Shown: in pieces, positions 14,461-27,984 of the stretch | Numbering within the stretch: position 1 is the first letter of the stretch | Layout of the letters: each line of letters starts with the position of its first letter | Origin: the human T2T-CHM13v2.0 reference genome, Homo sapiens | DNA: 64,000 nucleotides | Direction: 5' to 3' | Assembly: GCA_009914755.4 (NCBI GenBank) | Contig: CP068257.2 | Span: forward strand, 14,272,001-14,336,000 | Notes under the pieces: model-generated | What the model saw: the letters and a program-made list of their open reading frames with translations, nothing else | What the model was told of the DNA's origin: nothing | Database searches by the model: none | Made by a program: the position numbers and the translations under genes

Positions 14461-14755
14461 TTTTTTTTTTTTTGAGATGGAGTCTCACTCTGTTGCCCAG
14501 GCTGGAGTGCATTGGTGCTATCTTGGCTCACTGCAACTTCCGCCTCACAGGTTCAAATGATTCTCCCACTTCAGCTGCCTGAGTAGCTGGGATTATGAGC
14601 GTGTACCACCATGCTTGGCTAATTTTTGTATTTATAGTGGAGACAGGGTTTTACTATGTTGGCCAGGCTGGTCTTCTAACTCCTGATCCCAAGTGATTCA
14701 CCTAACTCGGCCTCCCAAATTGCTGGGATTACAGGTGTGAGCACTGCATCTGGCC
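14461..14755 (-). mobile_element. Alu SINE, full length, with target-site duplication.
   Basis: Poly-T head followed by the reverse complement of Alu consensus (gagatggagtctcactctgttgcccaggctggagtgc...cctcccaaattgctgggattacaggtgtgagcactgcatctggcc). A ~14-bp TSD tgctgtcattaact flanks both sides, at 14447-14460 and 14756-14769. Confidence 0.93.
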
Positions 14756-15079
14756 TGCTGTCATTAACTTCTTAGTGGTTGGTGCTGGGTGACCATTTGC
14801 ATAAATACATTTCATTAAATGGGAATTATAATTCATTAGCTATATTGAGCTGTCCCACTTCACCAACGTTTATAGTAAATCTGATACATAATAACGACTA
14901 TTAAATTCTTTGTCAGATAACTCCATCTGTGCCAGTTTGTTCTTGGCATCTATTGATTGTTTTTTACATCGTTCAAGTTGAGATTTTTCTGGTTCTTGGT
15001 AAAAGGATTCATTTGTGACTGTATCCTGGACATTTTGTGTGGTACGTTGTGAGACTGGATCTTATATAACTCTGTTCCA

Positions 15080-15660
15080 CAGGTTCCTCTGAGGCTGGCA
15101 GGGGATGTGACAGGATCTCTTCATCACTGCCATGTGAAAACCAAATCCAGGTTCCCCACTAGGCCTCTGTAGACACCATGCTGGAGGGAGGTGGCAGGGA
15201 GGGGGTACCTCATTACTTCTGAGTAGGGTTGAGAATTTAGGCTTCCTATTCAACCTTTGCTGACACCTGCCTGGCTGGAATGCCTTCTTATTGCTTTCTT
15301 CACAGCTTCCACTGACACCACAGGGCAGGAGTGGAAGTGGCCTCACCCTTCTGCGGGCAGCGGGGAGAGTTTGGACTCTCCACTAGGCCTCCTCTGACGC
15401 CACTAAAGGGTGGAGGGGAAGATGCTTTAGTGCCACAGCATGAGGGTGTAAGTCCAGGCTCCCCATGTGCTCTTTGCTGACACCTGCAGAGTGGGGTGGG
15501 GTTTCTTATGTTTGATGGAGATGAACTTCCCAAATTCCCACACAGCCTTCTCTGACCACCCAGCAGGAGTGGAGTGTGCAGAGTGCCTGAGCAGCTGGGT
15601 CAGAGTGGAAATCTAGTCTTCCTACTCCACATTTGTTGATCTAAGAGGGGGTGAGACCAC
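15080..15660. repeat. Degenerate tandem repeat (minisatellite-like), ~2.5 copies of a ~215-220 bp unit with an internal half-period.
   Basis: Recurring blocks: ccactaggcctc at 15157 and 15379; tttgctgacacctgc at 15256 and 15471; gacaccac/gacgccac/gaccaccc followed by G-rich ggag/gtgg at 15173, 15312, 15396 and 15553. Confidence 0.5.
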
Positions 15661-17193
15661 AGTTTTTTCTGGCCTATTTGTTTGGATGTGAGCTGTTATT
15701 TTTTAGTTTCCTTTTTTCTTATCCTTTTGGTGGAGAAAAACAGGCTTTTGTAGAGCTCTACTGTTTGTGACCATTAGCATTTCCTGATTGCTGGCATCTT
15801 CAGTTTCCAATCTGGAAAATATGAGGCGGATCTATATAATATATGAGACTCAGGTGTCTCACCATAGCACCATTCTTTGGGTCCATAGTCCTTAGCTAGT
15901 CTGTCCTCTCTCTGCCTTTGAGAGCCTTCTTATTTTGATTTATATATGGTGTTGAAGATATTTAGCTTTACTTAGTGGGAGAAATAAGGAAAAGTGCCTC
16001 TCCATGTTTCTAAACTGAGAAAGAGTTTTCAGTGATCCATAGTAGAAATAATAAAAGAAAATAAAGCTTTAGCTATATGGGAATAGGATGGAAGAAAGGT
16101 ACCAAAAAAGGCAAAGACAAAACAAAAAAGGGGGAGGGGGATGGCCATTGATTTGACTGAATCTGGTTAAACTGCACTTTGGCAATGATAACAGCATGTT
16201 CCCACAACAGTATTTTCCAACCTCGGCCACACTGTCCTCAAATATGCAGACTTACCCCATGCTATCCCCCAGGATTGTGGCAGGCCAGGTTTCACTAACG
16301 CAGGCCTCCGTGACAACTGTTTCAGCACTGACTGAGTGGTTAAGTTAAATATTAAAAGCTAAAAAAGCCAGTGCCCTTATACAAAGGCTGGAATGTAACA
16401 AAAGCCCATTAAGAGTTTTTCCCAGACCTTTCCTGGGCCTTAAAGCGTGACAAAATAATGAAGGAATTCCTAACAGTACCCATTTAGGTTTAAACACGTT
16501 TTACTGGGGGTCTGAAGAAACTCCCCAAACCTCCGTGATTTAGCAGGAGACAAGATAAAGGTAATCACCCCAGCACCTGGACCCATTTAGACTAAATTTA
16601 CTGAGGCTCTAGAAGCAGGTCTTCAGGCCTCAGACCTTAGTTATAGATGAAAAGAAGTTAATCACTTATGTCTTTAGATGAATGCACACTTACACGTAGA
16701 CATATAGCTTAGAAGGTATATAAGCTCTGAAAAGCTTTGTAATTTTGAGTTGGTCTGGCGATCATTTCCAGGCCTTCTCCCTGTAACTGGTTACAGAAAT
16801 AAAAACTCTTCCTCCCCATTTCATCTGCATCTTGTTATTGGGCCCTGAAAAACAGCAGCCCGACCCTCAGCTTGGTCTGGAAACAGGATGATAGGACATG
16901 AATGCCCAAATCTTTGGGGACAAACTGGCTGAACGATTGACTGTGGCTCACCGAATCTTTCTCCAGCATTTTTGCATAAGTCCTGGGTGGATCTGGCTTG
17001 CAGTGTGACTGCCTGCTTTTATGGTTGTGTGATAAACAAACTTCATTTGTTTATTTTCTTTTTTCTCTACCCATGCGCAAACTTGGCTTCTCTCATTATG
17101 GTTTCAGGCAAAAGCAATGTAAAGCTTGGTGTCACCAGAAATTTCATTCAAGACAGAATTTTGTGGTTTGACTAGACTTGTGAGCTCTGAGAT

Positions 17194-17501
17194 TTTTTTT
17201 TCTTTTTTTTTTTTGAGACGGAGTCTCACTCTGTCACCCAGGCTGGAGCACAGTGGTGTGATCTTGGCTCACTGCAACCTCCGCCTCCCAGGTTCAAGTG
17301 ATTCTCCTTTCTCAGCCTCCTGAGTAGCTGGGACTACAGGAGCGCGCCACCACGCCCGGCTACCTTTTTTTTCTTGTATTTTTAGTAGAGATGGGGTTTC
17401 ACCATGTTAGCCAGGACGGTCTTGATCTCCTGACCTCGTGATCCACCCACCTCAGCCTCCCAAAGTGCTGGGATTACAGGCGTGAGCCACCGCGCCCGGC
17501 C
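17194..17501 (-). mobile_element. Alu SINE, full length, with target-site duplication.
   Basis: Poly-T (17194-17214) followed by the reverse complement of Alu consensus ending ...cctcccaaagtgctgggattacaggcgtgagccaccgcgcccggcc. The TSD gagctctgagatttt is at 17182-17196 and 17502-17516. Confidence 0.93.
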
Positions 17502-17520
17502 GAGCTCTGAGATTTTGTTA

Positions 17521-17899
<379 letters not shown>

Positions 17900-20800
17900 T
17901 CAAGAAATCTAAAAATCCCCTATCCTTCAACTTTCCGATGTTCTGGCATCAAAGTCACAATTCCCATATTTGTTACATTAGAATCATACCTGATATTCAT
18001 TTCATGCTCTCTCAATTTACCCAGCTGGGGTGAGACTTTGGGAAATAAGATTGATGTTTAAAAACAAGATAAAATCATGACAGAGAAACCAGTAAATACT
18101 TATTTTACAAAACTTAACACCCAACATACTACCTTGGATCAGTGTTGGAATTTACTCCGCATATTCAATCAGGAAACTATAGTTTATTCAACCATGTGCC
18201 AAGTCTATAGTTTCAATATGTGCTTTTTTGCTCCACTTTAAAAAGTGAGGCAGGCCCTGAAAGAGTTCGAGGCAATTTCATTCACTATCTGTGTCCTATA
18301 TCACAAAACCTTGTGAATACTCTCTGCAAAGGGTGCTGAGATAAGGGAAAGTATCTTAAGTCAAGATCTGGACTGGAAAGGCTCATGATATTAATTTATT
18401 TCTAGTAGCAATGCAAGGAGAACTACACTTATCTTTTCACATATGAGTTGGGGCACATCGGGAACTTCATGAGAACATTTGTGAACAACTTCAGAAGCTT
18501 GCAATGGTCTCTGTCTAGTTTTACCATCTCAGTAGGGGTCATGCTTGAAGGACGAGGGTTACCTCCATTGAGTATTTGCATTTTGGAAGAAAATAGAGAT
18601 AATTGGTATCTCATTACATTTTAACACCTGTATCAGTGATTCGCACATAGTAGGTATTCAGTAGCATTTGTGCATTGACTAAATGCCTCATTATAAAAAA
18701 TAATGGTCATTTTCAAGCATCACAGTCCCTAAAATACTAGATAGGACTCAAGCTGCTTACTGAGACCCTAAGAGATAACACAGCTCTTGGATATTTGGTC
18801 CAGTTGACAAACAACTGTAAAAGTCATGGGGTAATATTATGAAATATTAGAAGATGAGAGAGATTCCCTCATCGTTGCTTTTCTTTGTACTCTTTGCTTT
18901 TCACCCAATTAATCAACTACAATATTACTTATATCCTTACTTATTTCCCAAATATTAAATTACTGGCATTTTAGTCTCTTCCACATGTTTTTTTTAAAGA
19001 GTATTTTATGAGTAACACAAAACTGTCTGCCTGTCTATCAAAGTAATAAAGTTTCCTGGAGCTGAAGAAAAGAGATGAGTAAGATGGTGAAGCAACAAGT
19101 GAATAAATAGTGGGAGTCCCTTAGAGAAGGGAAACTTCACCTCTCCCGCATGAGGGATCATTCAGACACTCCAGATAGGTTTAGAGGATTGTAACAGAAG
19201 GAGTGCCTCATTTCCTTTCCTGTGTACAGCCCATGCAGGCATCAGTCTTACAGAATAGAAACCATTGTTTAACATACTTAATCAGATGGGTCTGTATATT
19301 ACTTATACTATACACTAGCCCATAATAACAGACCCAATCTAGTAATGGCTAGACAAAAAAGAGAAGTTTATTTCTTGATCAGCATCAGTCCTATTGGGTG
19401 TTCCAGAAGATGGCTTTCTAAATCATTCAGGAAGCAAGGTCCTTTCCAGCTTGTACAGCTTGTGTCTCTGCAACCTCGAGGGCTTTTCTTGTCTGTGTCA
19501 TGACAACAGAAGGGGAAATAACACAGAGTAGTGTGGGTCGGGGTGTGGGGCCAGGCCTGGAAGTGGTACCAGTTATTTCTGCTCATATCTCATTGGCTAA
19601 AACTCAGTTACCTGTCCACACCTCCCAACAAGGAAATATGGTATCTTTGTCCAGGAAAAAGACAAAATGGATTTAGATGGACAACTATCTCTGCTAAACG
19701 ATTTGGGCAACGATCTCTGCCAAACTTAAGATAACACGCTTTCCTCACATCCCAGCATGATACCTGAGAAGTACGAATATGCCCTGAAACTAAGAGGAGT
19801 AAGGAAACAGCGAGAGATTATAGATAGCCTCATCTTGTAAGTCTCTGGCTGTGTGATGAGGAACGGGAGGATGATCTCATGGGAGTCAGCACTGAGAGAG
19901 TGTACCTGAAGAAACCCTGTGAATGGGGGACCAATGACTTAGCAGTGACCTGTTTGGACAGAAATCTACAGACCAAAATGAATGGTGGATTTCTCAGCAG
20001 ATCTCAGGAGATGCAAGTACAGATTATGACATGAGGGCCAGATGCCCTGCTCCTCTCACCCACCCCAGCATTTGAAACCCAATGGTAAGGCCATTCAATG
20101 GATATCAAATTGTTGTGATCTAACTGCTTGGAAGCTGGTAATAGAAAACAAACTAAGTATAGAAAAATAAAATTGTATTATGTGCACATCTGAATTTTTA
20201 TACTGAGTTTTGCATCCACCACACGTATCTACTTATTATTTAAATCATATTGCAAAAGCAATTAAGGATCTCTTATGATTTACTGCTTTGAATACACTAG
20301 TCTTCTAAATGTCTTTATTAGTTTTTAAGAAATTTAGCTGCCATAAACATCCTTGAAATTGCATAAAGTAGTTATAGACCTTGATGTACAGATGTTCCTT
20401 ATTTCATAATGGATAAGGATAAAAGGCTCCCCACTTCCACTCAAGACTGATTCTTAGGCATATTATGTAATAACTTTGTGATTTGGGGTGAGTTACAATA
20501 TTTTTCTGTGCTCCAGTTTCCTTATCTGTACAATAGCAATATTGAACTACTTAATTCTTAGGATTAATGTGAGAATTAAATATGGGAATATATTAATGTG
20601 TGTTCTATTTGTAGCCTCAAATTACCACCTCTTACTCCTACTTCAGCCTTTCTTCCACCTGAAATTATTATATTTATTAATTCTCCATGAGAATATACCA
20701 TCTTCTTTTCAAAATGAGACAAACACTCTCTTGGCTTGTAAGTTTTGACAAAAATATATACCTGTACAAACACCAATCTTATCAAGATATAGAACATCAT

Positions 20801-20959
20801 CCACAAAAGTTCCCTTCTGTTCCTTTGCAGTTAATTCCTCCCCACCCACCCCAATACCAGGTAGTCACTAACTTGCTTTCTGTCACTGTAGATTTGTTTT
20901 GCTAATTATATAATCTCATGTGAATGGAATCATACAGTTCAAATACAAACATTCAGGCC

Positions 20960-21443
20960 ATAGCATCTGTCTTATTAATCAATTTTATAGGTTGTATAGG
21001 GCTAGCTCATTAGAGTTTCAATTTGCATCATTTTGATGATTAATCATGTTGAGTATTTTTTTATGGGTTTATTAGGCCATTTATATATATTTATTTGTGA
21101 AGTATCTTTTCAAATTTTTACCTTTTAAAATATTTTACTTTACTATTGAATTATAAGTGTTCTTTATATATTCTGGATGCATGTGATTTGCTGGATATAT
21201 GTATTGCAGATTTTTTTCTCCTAGCCTGTGGCTTTCATATTTATTTTTATAATTGTATCTTTCTAGGAGAAAATGCTTTCAAATCTGATGCAGTCTTTTT
21301 ACGTTTATGTCTGTGATCCATTTTAAGTTCATTTTCCTGCATGGTATGAGATGAACATTGAGAATAATTTGTCCAAAACTGATATCCAGTTGTTTCGGCC
21401 CTGTTTATTGAAAGAACTATCCTTTCCATGTTGAATTACCATA
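20960..21443 (-). mobile_element. Old LINE-1 (L1M-type) ORF2-distal fragment, interrupted by an LTR insertion at 21444.
   Basis: Reverse-complement L1 blocks: ...tgatgattaatcatgttgagtatttttttatg..., tctggatgcatgtgatttgctggatatatgtattgcagattttt, and atccagttgtttcggccctgtttattgaaagaactatcctttccatgttgaattacc. The last is the reverse complement of the conserved NKWCWENW coding region. Confidence 0.7.
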
Positions 21444-21988
21444 TGCATTAGTCAGGGTTCTCTAGAGGGACAGAACTAATAGGATAGATGTACATATGAA
21501 GGGGAGTTTATTAAGGAGTACTGACTCACATAATCACAAGGTGAAGTCCCACAATAGGCCATCTGCAAGCTGAGGTGCAGGAAAGACAGTCCAAGTCCCA
21601 AAACCTCAAAAGTAGGGAAGCTGACAGTATAGCCTTCAGTCTGTGGCTGAAGGCCCAAGAGCCCTTGGCAAACCACTGGTGTAAGTCCAAGAGTCCAAAG
21701 GCTGAAGAACTTGCAGTCTGATGTTCAAAGGCAGGAAGCATCCAGCACAGGAGAAAGATGAAGTCCAGAAGACTCAGCAAGTCACATCCTTCCAAGTTCT
21801 TCTGCCTAGTTTATTCTAGCTGCGCTGGCAGCTGATTAGATGGTGCCCACCCAGATTGAGGGTGGGTCTGCCTCTCCCAATCCACTAACTCAAGTGTTAT
21901 TCTCCTTTGGCAACACCCTCACAGACACACCCAGGAAGAATTCTTTGCATCCTTCAATCCAATCAAGTTGACAATATTAACCATCACA
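21444..21988 (-). mobile_element. Solo LTR of a MaLR-like family (MST/MLT-like; same family as the LTRs at 39515 and 54201), nested in L1M.
   Basis: Reverse complement of the motif set tgtgatggttaatattgtcaacttgattggattgaagg...ctaatcagctgccagcgcagctagaataaact...cttctcctgtgctggatgcttcctgcctttgaacatcagactgcaagttcttcag...ctgactaatgca. The L1M sequence resumes immediately after. Confidence 0.7.
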
Positions 21989-22864
21989 CCTTGGTATATT
22001 TCTTGAAAATCAATTGATTATATGATATATGAATCTATTTTTAGACTTTCTATTTATCTGTTCTTTCAGTTCAACATTCTAACTATGGTAGTGTATTATA
22101 AGTTCTGAAATCAGGTATAAAACTCTTTCAATTTTGTTTCATTTAAAAAAATTGGTTTGGCTATTCTATGCCTTTTACATTTTAATACTAACTTTTGAGT
22201 CTTTTCAATTTCTGCTTTCCACCTCAAGTTATTTTCTATTTGGGATTATGTTGGATCTGTGTATTAATTTGAGGAGAATTGATGTTTAACAAGATTTATT
22301 CTTCTTATACACAAACATGCTATATAGCTCCACTTATTATTTAGGAAATCTTTAATTTCTCACGTCATAGTTTTATAGTTTTCAATGTTTGAATTTTGCT
22401 CACGTTATTAAATTTTTCCTGAAGTGTTTTTGTGATAAGTACTTCATAATACATTATTACTATTTTTGCTTTAACCAGTCAATTATCTTTTAAACAATTT
22501 TAATTGTGATAAAATACACATAAAAGTATTCTGTGTTAACCATTTTTAAGTGTACAAGTCAGTAATGTTACATATATCACATTGTTGTGCAAAGAATATC
22601 CAGAATGTTTTTATCTTGCAAAACTGAAACTCTATACCCTTAAACAACAACTCCTGATTTTCCTCTCCCTTTAGCCCATGGCAATGACCATTCTAATTTT
22701 AATTTCTATACATTTGACTATTTTAGATATCTCATATGAGTGGAATCATACAGTATTTACCATGGCTGGCTTACTTCACTTTGCATAACGTCCTTAAGGT
22801 TCATCCATGTTGTAGCATGTGACAGGACTTCTTTCCTTTGAAAGACTGAATAATATCCCATTGT
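21989..22864 (-). mobile_element. L1M-type fragments: continuation of the interrupted copy, plus a separate L1M 3'-end piece (ORF2 C-terminus and 3'UTR) abutting the microsatellite.
   Basis: ccttggtatatttcttgaaaatcaattgattatatga is the reverse complement of the L1 cttggcacccttgtcaaaaatcaattgacc region. 22740-22860 (gaatcatacagtatttaccatggctggcttacttcactttgcataacgtccttaaggttcatccatgttgtagcatgtgacagg...ctgaataatatcccattgtgtg) is the reverse complement of the L1 ORF2 C-terminus. Minus ORF 22757..23113 contains [19 protein letters not shown]. Confidence 0.7.
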
Positions 22865-22939
22865 GTGTGAATATATATATATGTATGTATATATATATAT
22901 GTGTATATATATATGTATGTGTATATATATATGTATGTG

Positions 22940-22993
<54 letters not shown>

Positions 22994-23092
22994 TGTATGT
23001 ATATATAGTATGTGTATATATATGTATGTGTGTATATATATGTATGTGTATATATATATGTATGTGTGTGTGTATATATATATATATATATA
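22865..23092. repeat. Complex microsatellite, (TA)n/(TATG)n/(TG)n mix with ~10-12 bp super-period (tatatatgtatgtg...), ~230 bp.
   Basis: Directly visible low-complexity run. It explains the Y/I/H-rich and C/V/Y-rich pseudo-ORFs 22757..23113, 22794..23096, 22819..23124 and 22863..23093. Confidence 0.95.
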
Positions 23093-26000
23093 ACATTTTA
23101 TTTGTTCATTCATTCATTGATTGACATTTGAGTTGCTTATACCTCTTGACCTTTGTGGATAATGCTTCAATAAATGTGGGTATGCAAATATCCCTTCAAG
23201 ATCCTTCTTTCAATTCCTATGGATAAATACCTAGAACTGGGATTACTGGATCATAGTTGATAATTATCTTTTAAAGACATTTTTAAAATAGTAAAAGAAA
23301 ATAAATTGTAATTATCTACATCTTTAGCATTTTTGGCAGCTTTTATTCCTTTGTATAAATTCTAGTTTTCATCTGATATTATTTTCCCTCTGCCTGAAGT
23401 AGTTCCTCTAATAATTCTCATTGTGTGTATCTGCTGGCAATGAATTCCCTAAACTTTTATTGTCTGAAATATTTAATTTTGTATTTATTTTTGAAATATA
23501 CTTTTGTATAGAGAATTCTAGGTTGATGTGTCTTTATTTTCTTCTTAGAATGAGATATCAGTGGCTATTTTGTTTCCCTGGTTAGCTCTATAAAATGTGG
23601 AAGAGTCCTACACAAGAATGTAAGTACCAGAGAATGAGATCTTTAGAAGTCATATTGGAGGTTGGCTACAAACAACTATCTTTTGGTTCCCAAAGAGCCA
23701 CATCCTCACCATATGCAAAATACAGTTGTGCCCTGCTAAAGCCTCCCAAACGTTTCATCCATTGCAACATTAGCTCAAAGTCCAGAATGTAACTATATAA
23801 ATCAGATCTAAGTGTGGATGTGTCCCTTAAGATGTTACTCCTTAAGAACAGCTCCTCTTGTACAGTTCCTCTTTATCTGAACTAAAGAGAAGTTACGTGA
23901 GCCAAATGTACCAAACATACTGTGGCTGGAAAGGCACAGAATATTTGCTATTGATCCTCCTGTTCAAAAAAAGGTGAAATTGGAGGCATATAGGGATTAC
24001 TAGTTATAGAATTTCTAAAATCCAGCATGGCAGTAGTTGACTGCTACTTAAGACTCAAGGCCTGGGAATAATATGCCATAGCTCTTAGATCCACATTCTT
24101 GGCTCTTGGTTGGCCTTCGGAATCATCCTTCCTATGCAGTAAAAGGTTTCTCATATTTTCAGCAGAGTAGTTTTTTCTGCCTGCTTTCTGCTTGTAGAAG
24201 TCTGGGAGTCCAAAAGCCTCTATTCGCTTTGTACTGTTTCTGTGTCTTTCAGTCCACACAAGCAGTGTTTGTCAATAAACATCTTAAATATTTTGTTCAT
24301 TAGATAAAAGCCACATCCAAAAATCTCTTTGAATTAGGCCATTCTCTACCTTGAGCTTCTGGTGAGATTGCTGAAGGACAATGCCCTTAAGATTTTTAGA
24401 CTTCCTGTTATCTGACTGAATGGTTCTTCAAGTCATAATCCTTAGGCTTCCTAAGGTCTTAATAAAGAATTTTACAGTTATACTTTGGCCTTGTCTTTTG
24501 ACCATATTTTATTGAGGGTGTCCTAGCTTTGGTCTTTACCTGGAAGCCTTTTCTTCATTTTATCATCATTTGTCCTCTGGATATTCATATGCAGCAATTC
24601 CAGGATCTTTTTTGTTTAATATTGTTTTCTTTAAATTATCTTTCTCCTCTCACATTTTAATTTTAGCAGTAGGAATAAAGAAGGTAACACTTTCCAAAAG
24701 AATCCAGTGATACCTTCAAGACTATCAAATAAGATTGTCACTTAATATTACTATCCAAAAACAATCAGCTATAATTATTGCTTAATTAAGGGAGAACCAT
24801 AATGCTCAATAATAATTTTGATGAATAAAGTAAATTGTTGAGCTTAGATAGAGATTTTTGAAGGGTTTGTTTTGGGATATACTGATGACAGAGGCAGGAA
24901 AAAGTTATCTTTAACATTAGCAGCTTGTTTTGTGCTGATTACAAAGGACTGATCATTAAAGTGAGGTTTCAGTCAGTGGTTAAACAGGTTTAAAACAAGT
25001 TCTAGAATATTTGTTATTATAGATTTTATTTTCAAACTATGTAAGCTCTAAAGCCTTTCAAAGTCATATTGTCAGTATTCTAACTTCCTTATTGTTAACA
25101 ATTTGATTTAAATCCCTTTACTATCGTACTGTTTCTTTTTAAACGTTTATCCTTTCCTTCATGCACCCAGGCAAATTTCTTTAAATTCATAATATCATTA
25201 GACTATTTTTATTCACTTTTCCCAGTTCTTTTTTTTTCCTACCACTCTTTATGAAACAAACAAAATCCATAGTAGGTCTTTCATTTATTTGGTTTCGAGC
25301 AGCTCAATCCATGATCCTTCTTCTTCAGCTCTGAAATAAGTTTAGATAGGTCTATGGGTCACCAGACTATATTTTCAAAGATGAACATCATGCTACGACA
25401 ATTTGCTTGAGAATAAAAATGTGATTCTATTAATCACATACTTCTAAAGTTTTCAATATGGATATAATACAGGCCAGAAAAACAATACAAAGAGACAAAA
25501 ACAGGGGTCACCAAACTTTCTGTAAAAGGCCAGATCATAAATATTTTAGACTTATAGGCCAAGGGAAAAAATCTAGGATATTATAAAAGCACTTATATAA
25601 CACTAAATAAAAATATTTATGAATTATTTCATTGATGAAATTTAAAATATAATAATGATTTAGCAAACAATTTTGTAATGTAAGTTTACTAATGGGAGGA
25701 ATTGAGTTTTTTTGTTAGGGGAGCCACCACTTCACTTAACTGAGTTTTGATGTTAGTGTTTCTGCCTTGAAAATTGATTGCAAATGTTCATCTGTTAATG
25801 CAGATATGTAATGACATTTTATGTATTTCATCTTTGGAAAGATCTTTTCAGACAGATAGTTACTACCAAATACAGATGTCAATCCACAAACATTATTTTA
25901 ATTGAGCATATTCATCATTTGGAATGCATTCAAAAAATTCTATTAGATTCTTCTCTTAATATTTACCTTTTAGCATGTCATTATAATTACTTCCAATTGA

Positions 26001-26156
26001 AGATGATATGGAAATTCCTCAATTGTACAGCTGGAGTTGGAAGTATGGAAATTACCTTTGCACAGATATTTAAGGTCAGAAAAACACTCCTGGAAATGTA
26101 GATTCAGTTTGGAAGTTATACATGTTGCAAATTTTTGTGTGCATGGAGGTCTCACT

Positions 26157-26181
26157 TTTTTTTTTTTTTTTACTTTTGGTA
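26157..26181. repeat. Poly-T homopolymer (~25 nt).
   Basis: ctcac t(25) acttttgg. Confidence 0.9.
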
Positions 26182-27984
26182 AATGTAAAAAACAGCTGGA
26201 CATTATTCGTGATTCAAACAAAGTTAGTTGTTATTAAAATAATTGTACCACACTATAAGTGTTTCATAGAAACACTGTAATTTTAGATTGAATTCATTAA
26301 GACACACTATGAAGTCTGCAGCAAAAGCTACTCTCCAAAGCATCCAGTATTTGCTAATGGTGGTTAAGGGTGGTCCTCCTCATTTAGAAATATTTCAATC
26401 TCAATCCTCACCTCAAAAATTCACAATAAAACTTTACCACCATGAAATTATCAAACTGATGTGTGGTAGGGAAATCGGGATATTCGGTTCCTGTTTGTGA
26501 CAAAAGTTCACAGAACCGATGATGGCTATGAAAGCAAATGAAGTTCACAATTGAAACTACTAGTCAGTAACATAGGATTGACTTCAACATCTTCTGCAAA
26601 TTACTGGCTGTTGACTAACACAGTACACATCCAGAGTCTTTAAGTACTATACATTTTCACAAGCTTTGTAAAATTTTCTTTCTCCACATATATTTTTACC
26701 AATGTTAGTGGGTAAAATTTGCAGATTCTGCTTCAGTTTGTACCAAGTTAATGTTTTCTCAAATTATTTGAAAATATCATTGCCAGTATTTGTTCCACAT
26801 AGACTATTTGTATAGGCTGTTCTTTAGTCACCTCAAAGTCAGCATGACTCATCCAGTGAACAAGGACTGGACGGTGTTCATAGTCTTTGCCCATTCATCA
26901 AGAGCCAAAGAAAGTCACTCAAAGTCATTTACATTGTTTTTAAACTCAGAATTGATATTGCTCCCAGTGTTCTTCACTCTTTGAGCAAATGTTCTCACCT
27001 AAAGTCTAATAGTCTTAATGTAAAACCATTTAATGGAAATGCCATTCTTAGCTCCCAGGCTGTACAATAATAGGTGATCTCTAGGCAAAAATATTTACCA
27101 AAGAAATCTCTTTTGATTAAAATGCAGCCAATTACCAGGTTCACAGTCCTGGAAGAATATAGTTTAGATCAATGTGACTAATCTTTTTTAAAAATAGTTA
27201 CATCTCTTTAAAGAAAGAAATACATTCACAATCTCTGAGAATTGATTTATAATGTTGTTTTCATGATGCTATTTATGTACAGTAATCAAGGGAGGCATAC
27301 ATTCTTACAGTTCTTCTATAATTATGAAATCCAAAATTTGGCTGGAAATTAAATGGAAACAATATGACAAAGCCAATGATATTCATATAAAATTAACTTA
27401 AAAGTGACAGACGATTTCTTTTCCTGAAACTAAAATGTTGCTTGTTATGAGAGTATAATTCTAACTCCTACAGTATATTAAAAAAATATTTAACATGTCT
27501 TCATTTCCATGATAAACAGATTCTCCCAAGGCCCTTCTCTCTTTTCAGAAAACTTAATTCATATGGTATAACTTGATATAATTTGGCTTTTACTTTGTGT
27601 GAATGCATCAGTTAAGTATTATATGGGTATCTGTTTTCTCATGAGCTTACACAAGTAAGGTGGTATCATTAGAGCTTCCATATAAAGAAATACAGACCAG
27701 AAACCAGTATTGGTGCTTATGCAACTGATGATTTTTAGATCATGATCAGTATGATAATAAAACAGTTAACAATCTAAAAACAATATTCAGAGCACACAGA
27801 GTCTCTGATGAAAAACTCATGTAGATTGCATTAGTGTCAATTATACATAGAACAATATAGACCATCATTTCAAAAGGTAGTTATCCATATTTGATGGTCA
27901 GTTTTTCCTTGTATTGAGGTGACTCTGAAATAGACCAATTGCTTGGTAAATCAACTATTTTATTTTATTATTTTATTTTCCATA

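Noticed and set aside
22757-23124. Four overlapping 76-118 aa ORFs rich in Y/I/H or C/V/Y
   Set aside because: They are produced by the (TA/TG)n complex microsatellite, which yields stop-free frames. They are not coding.
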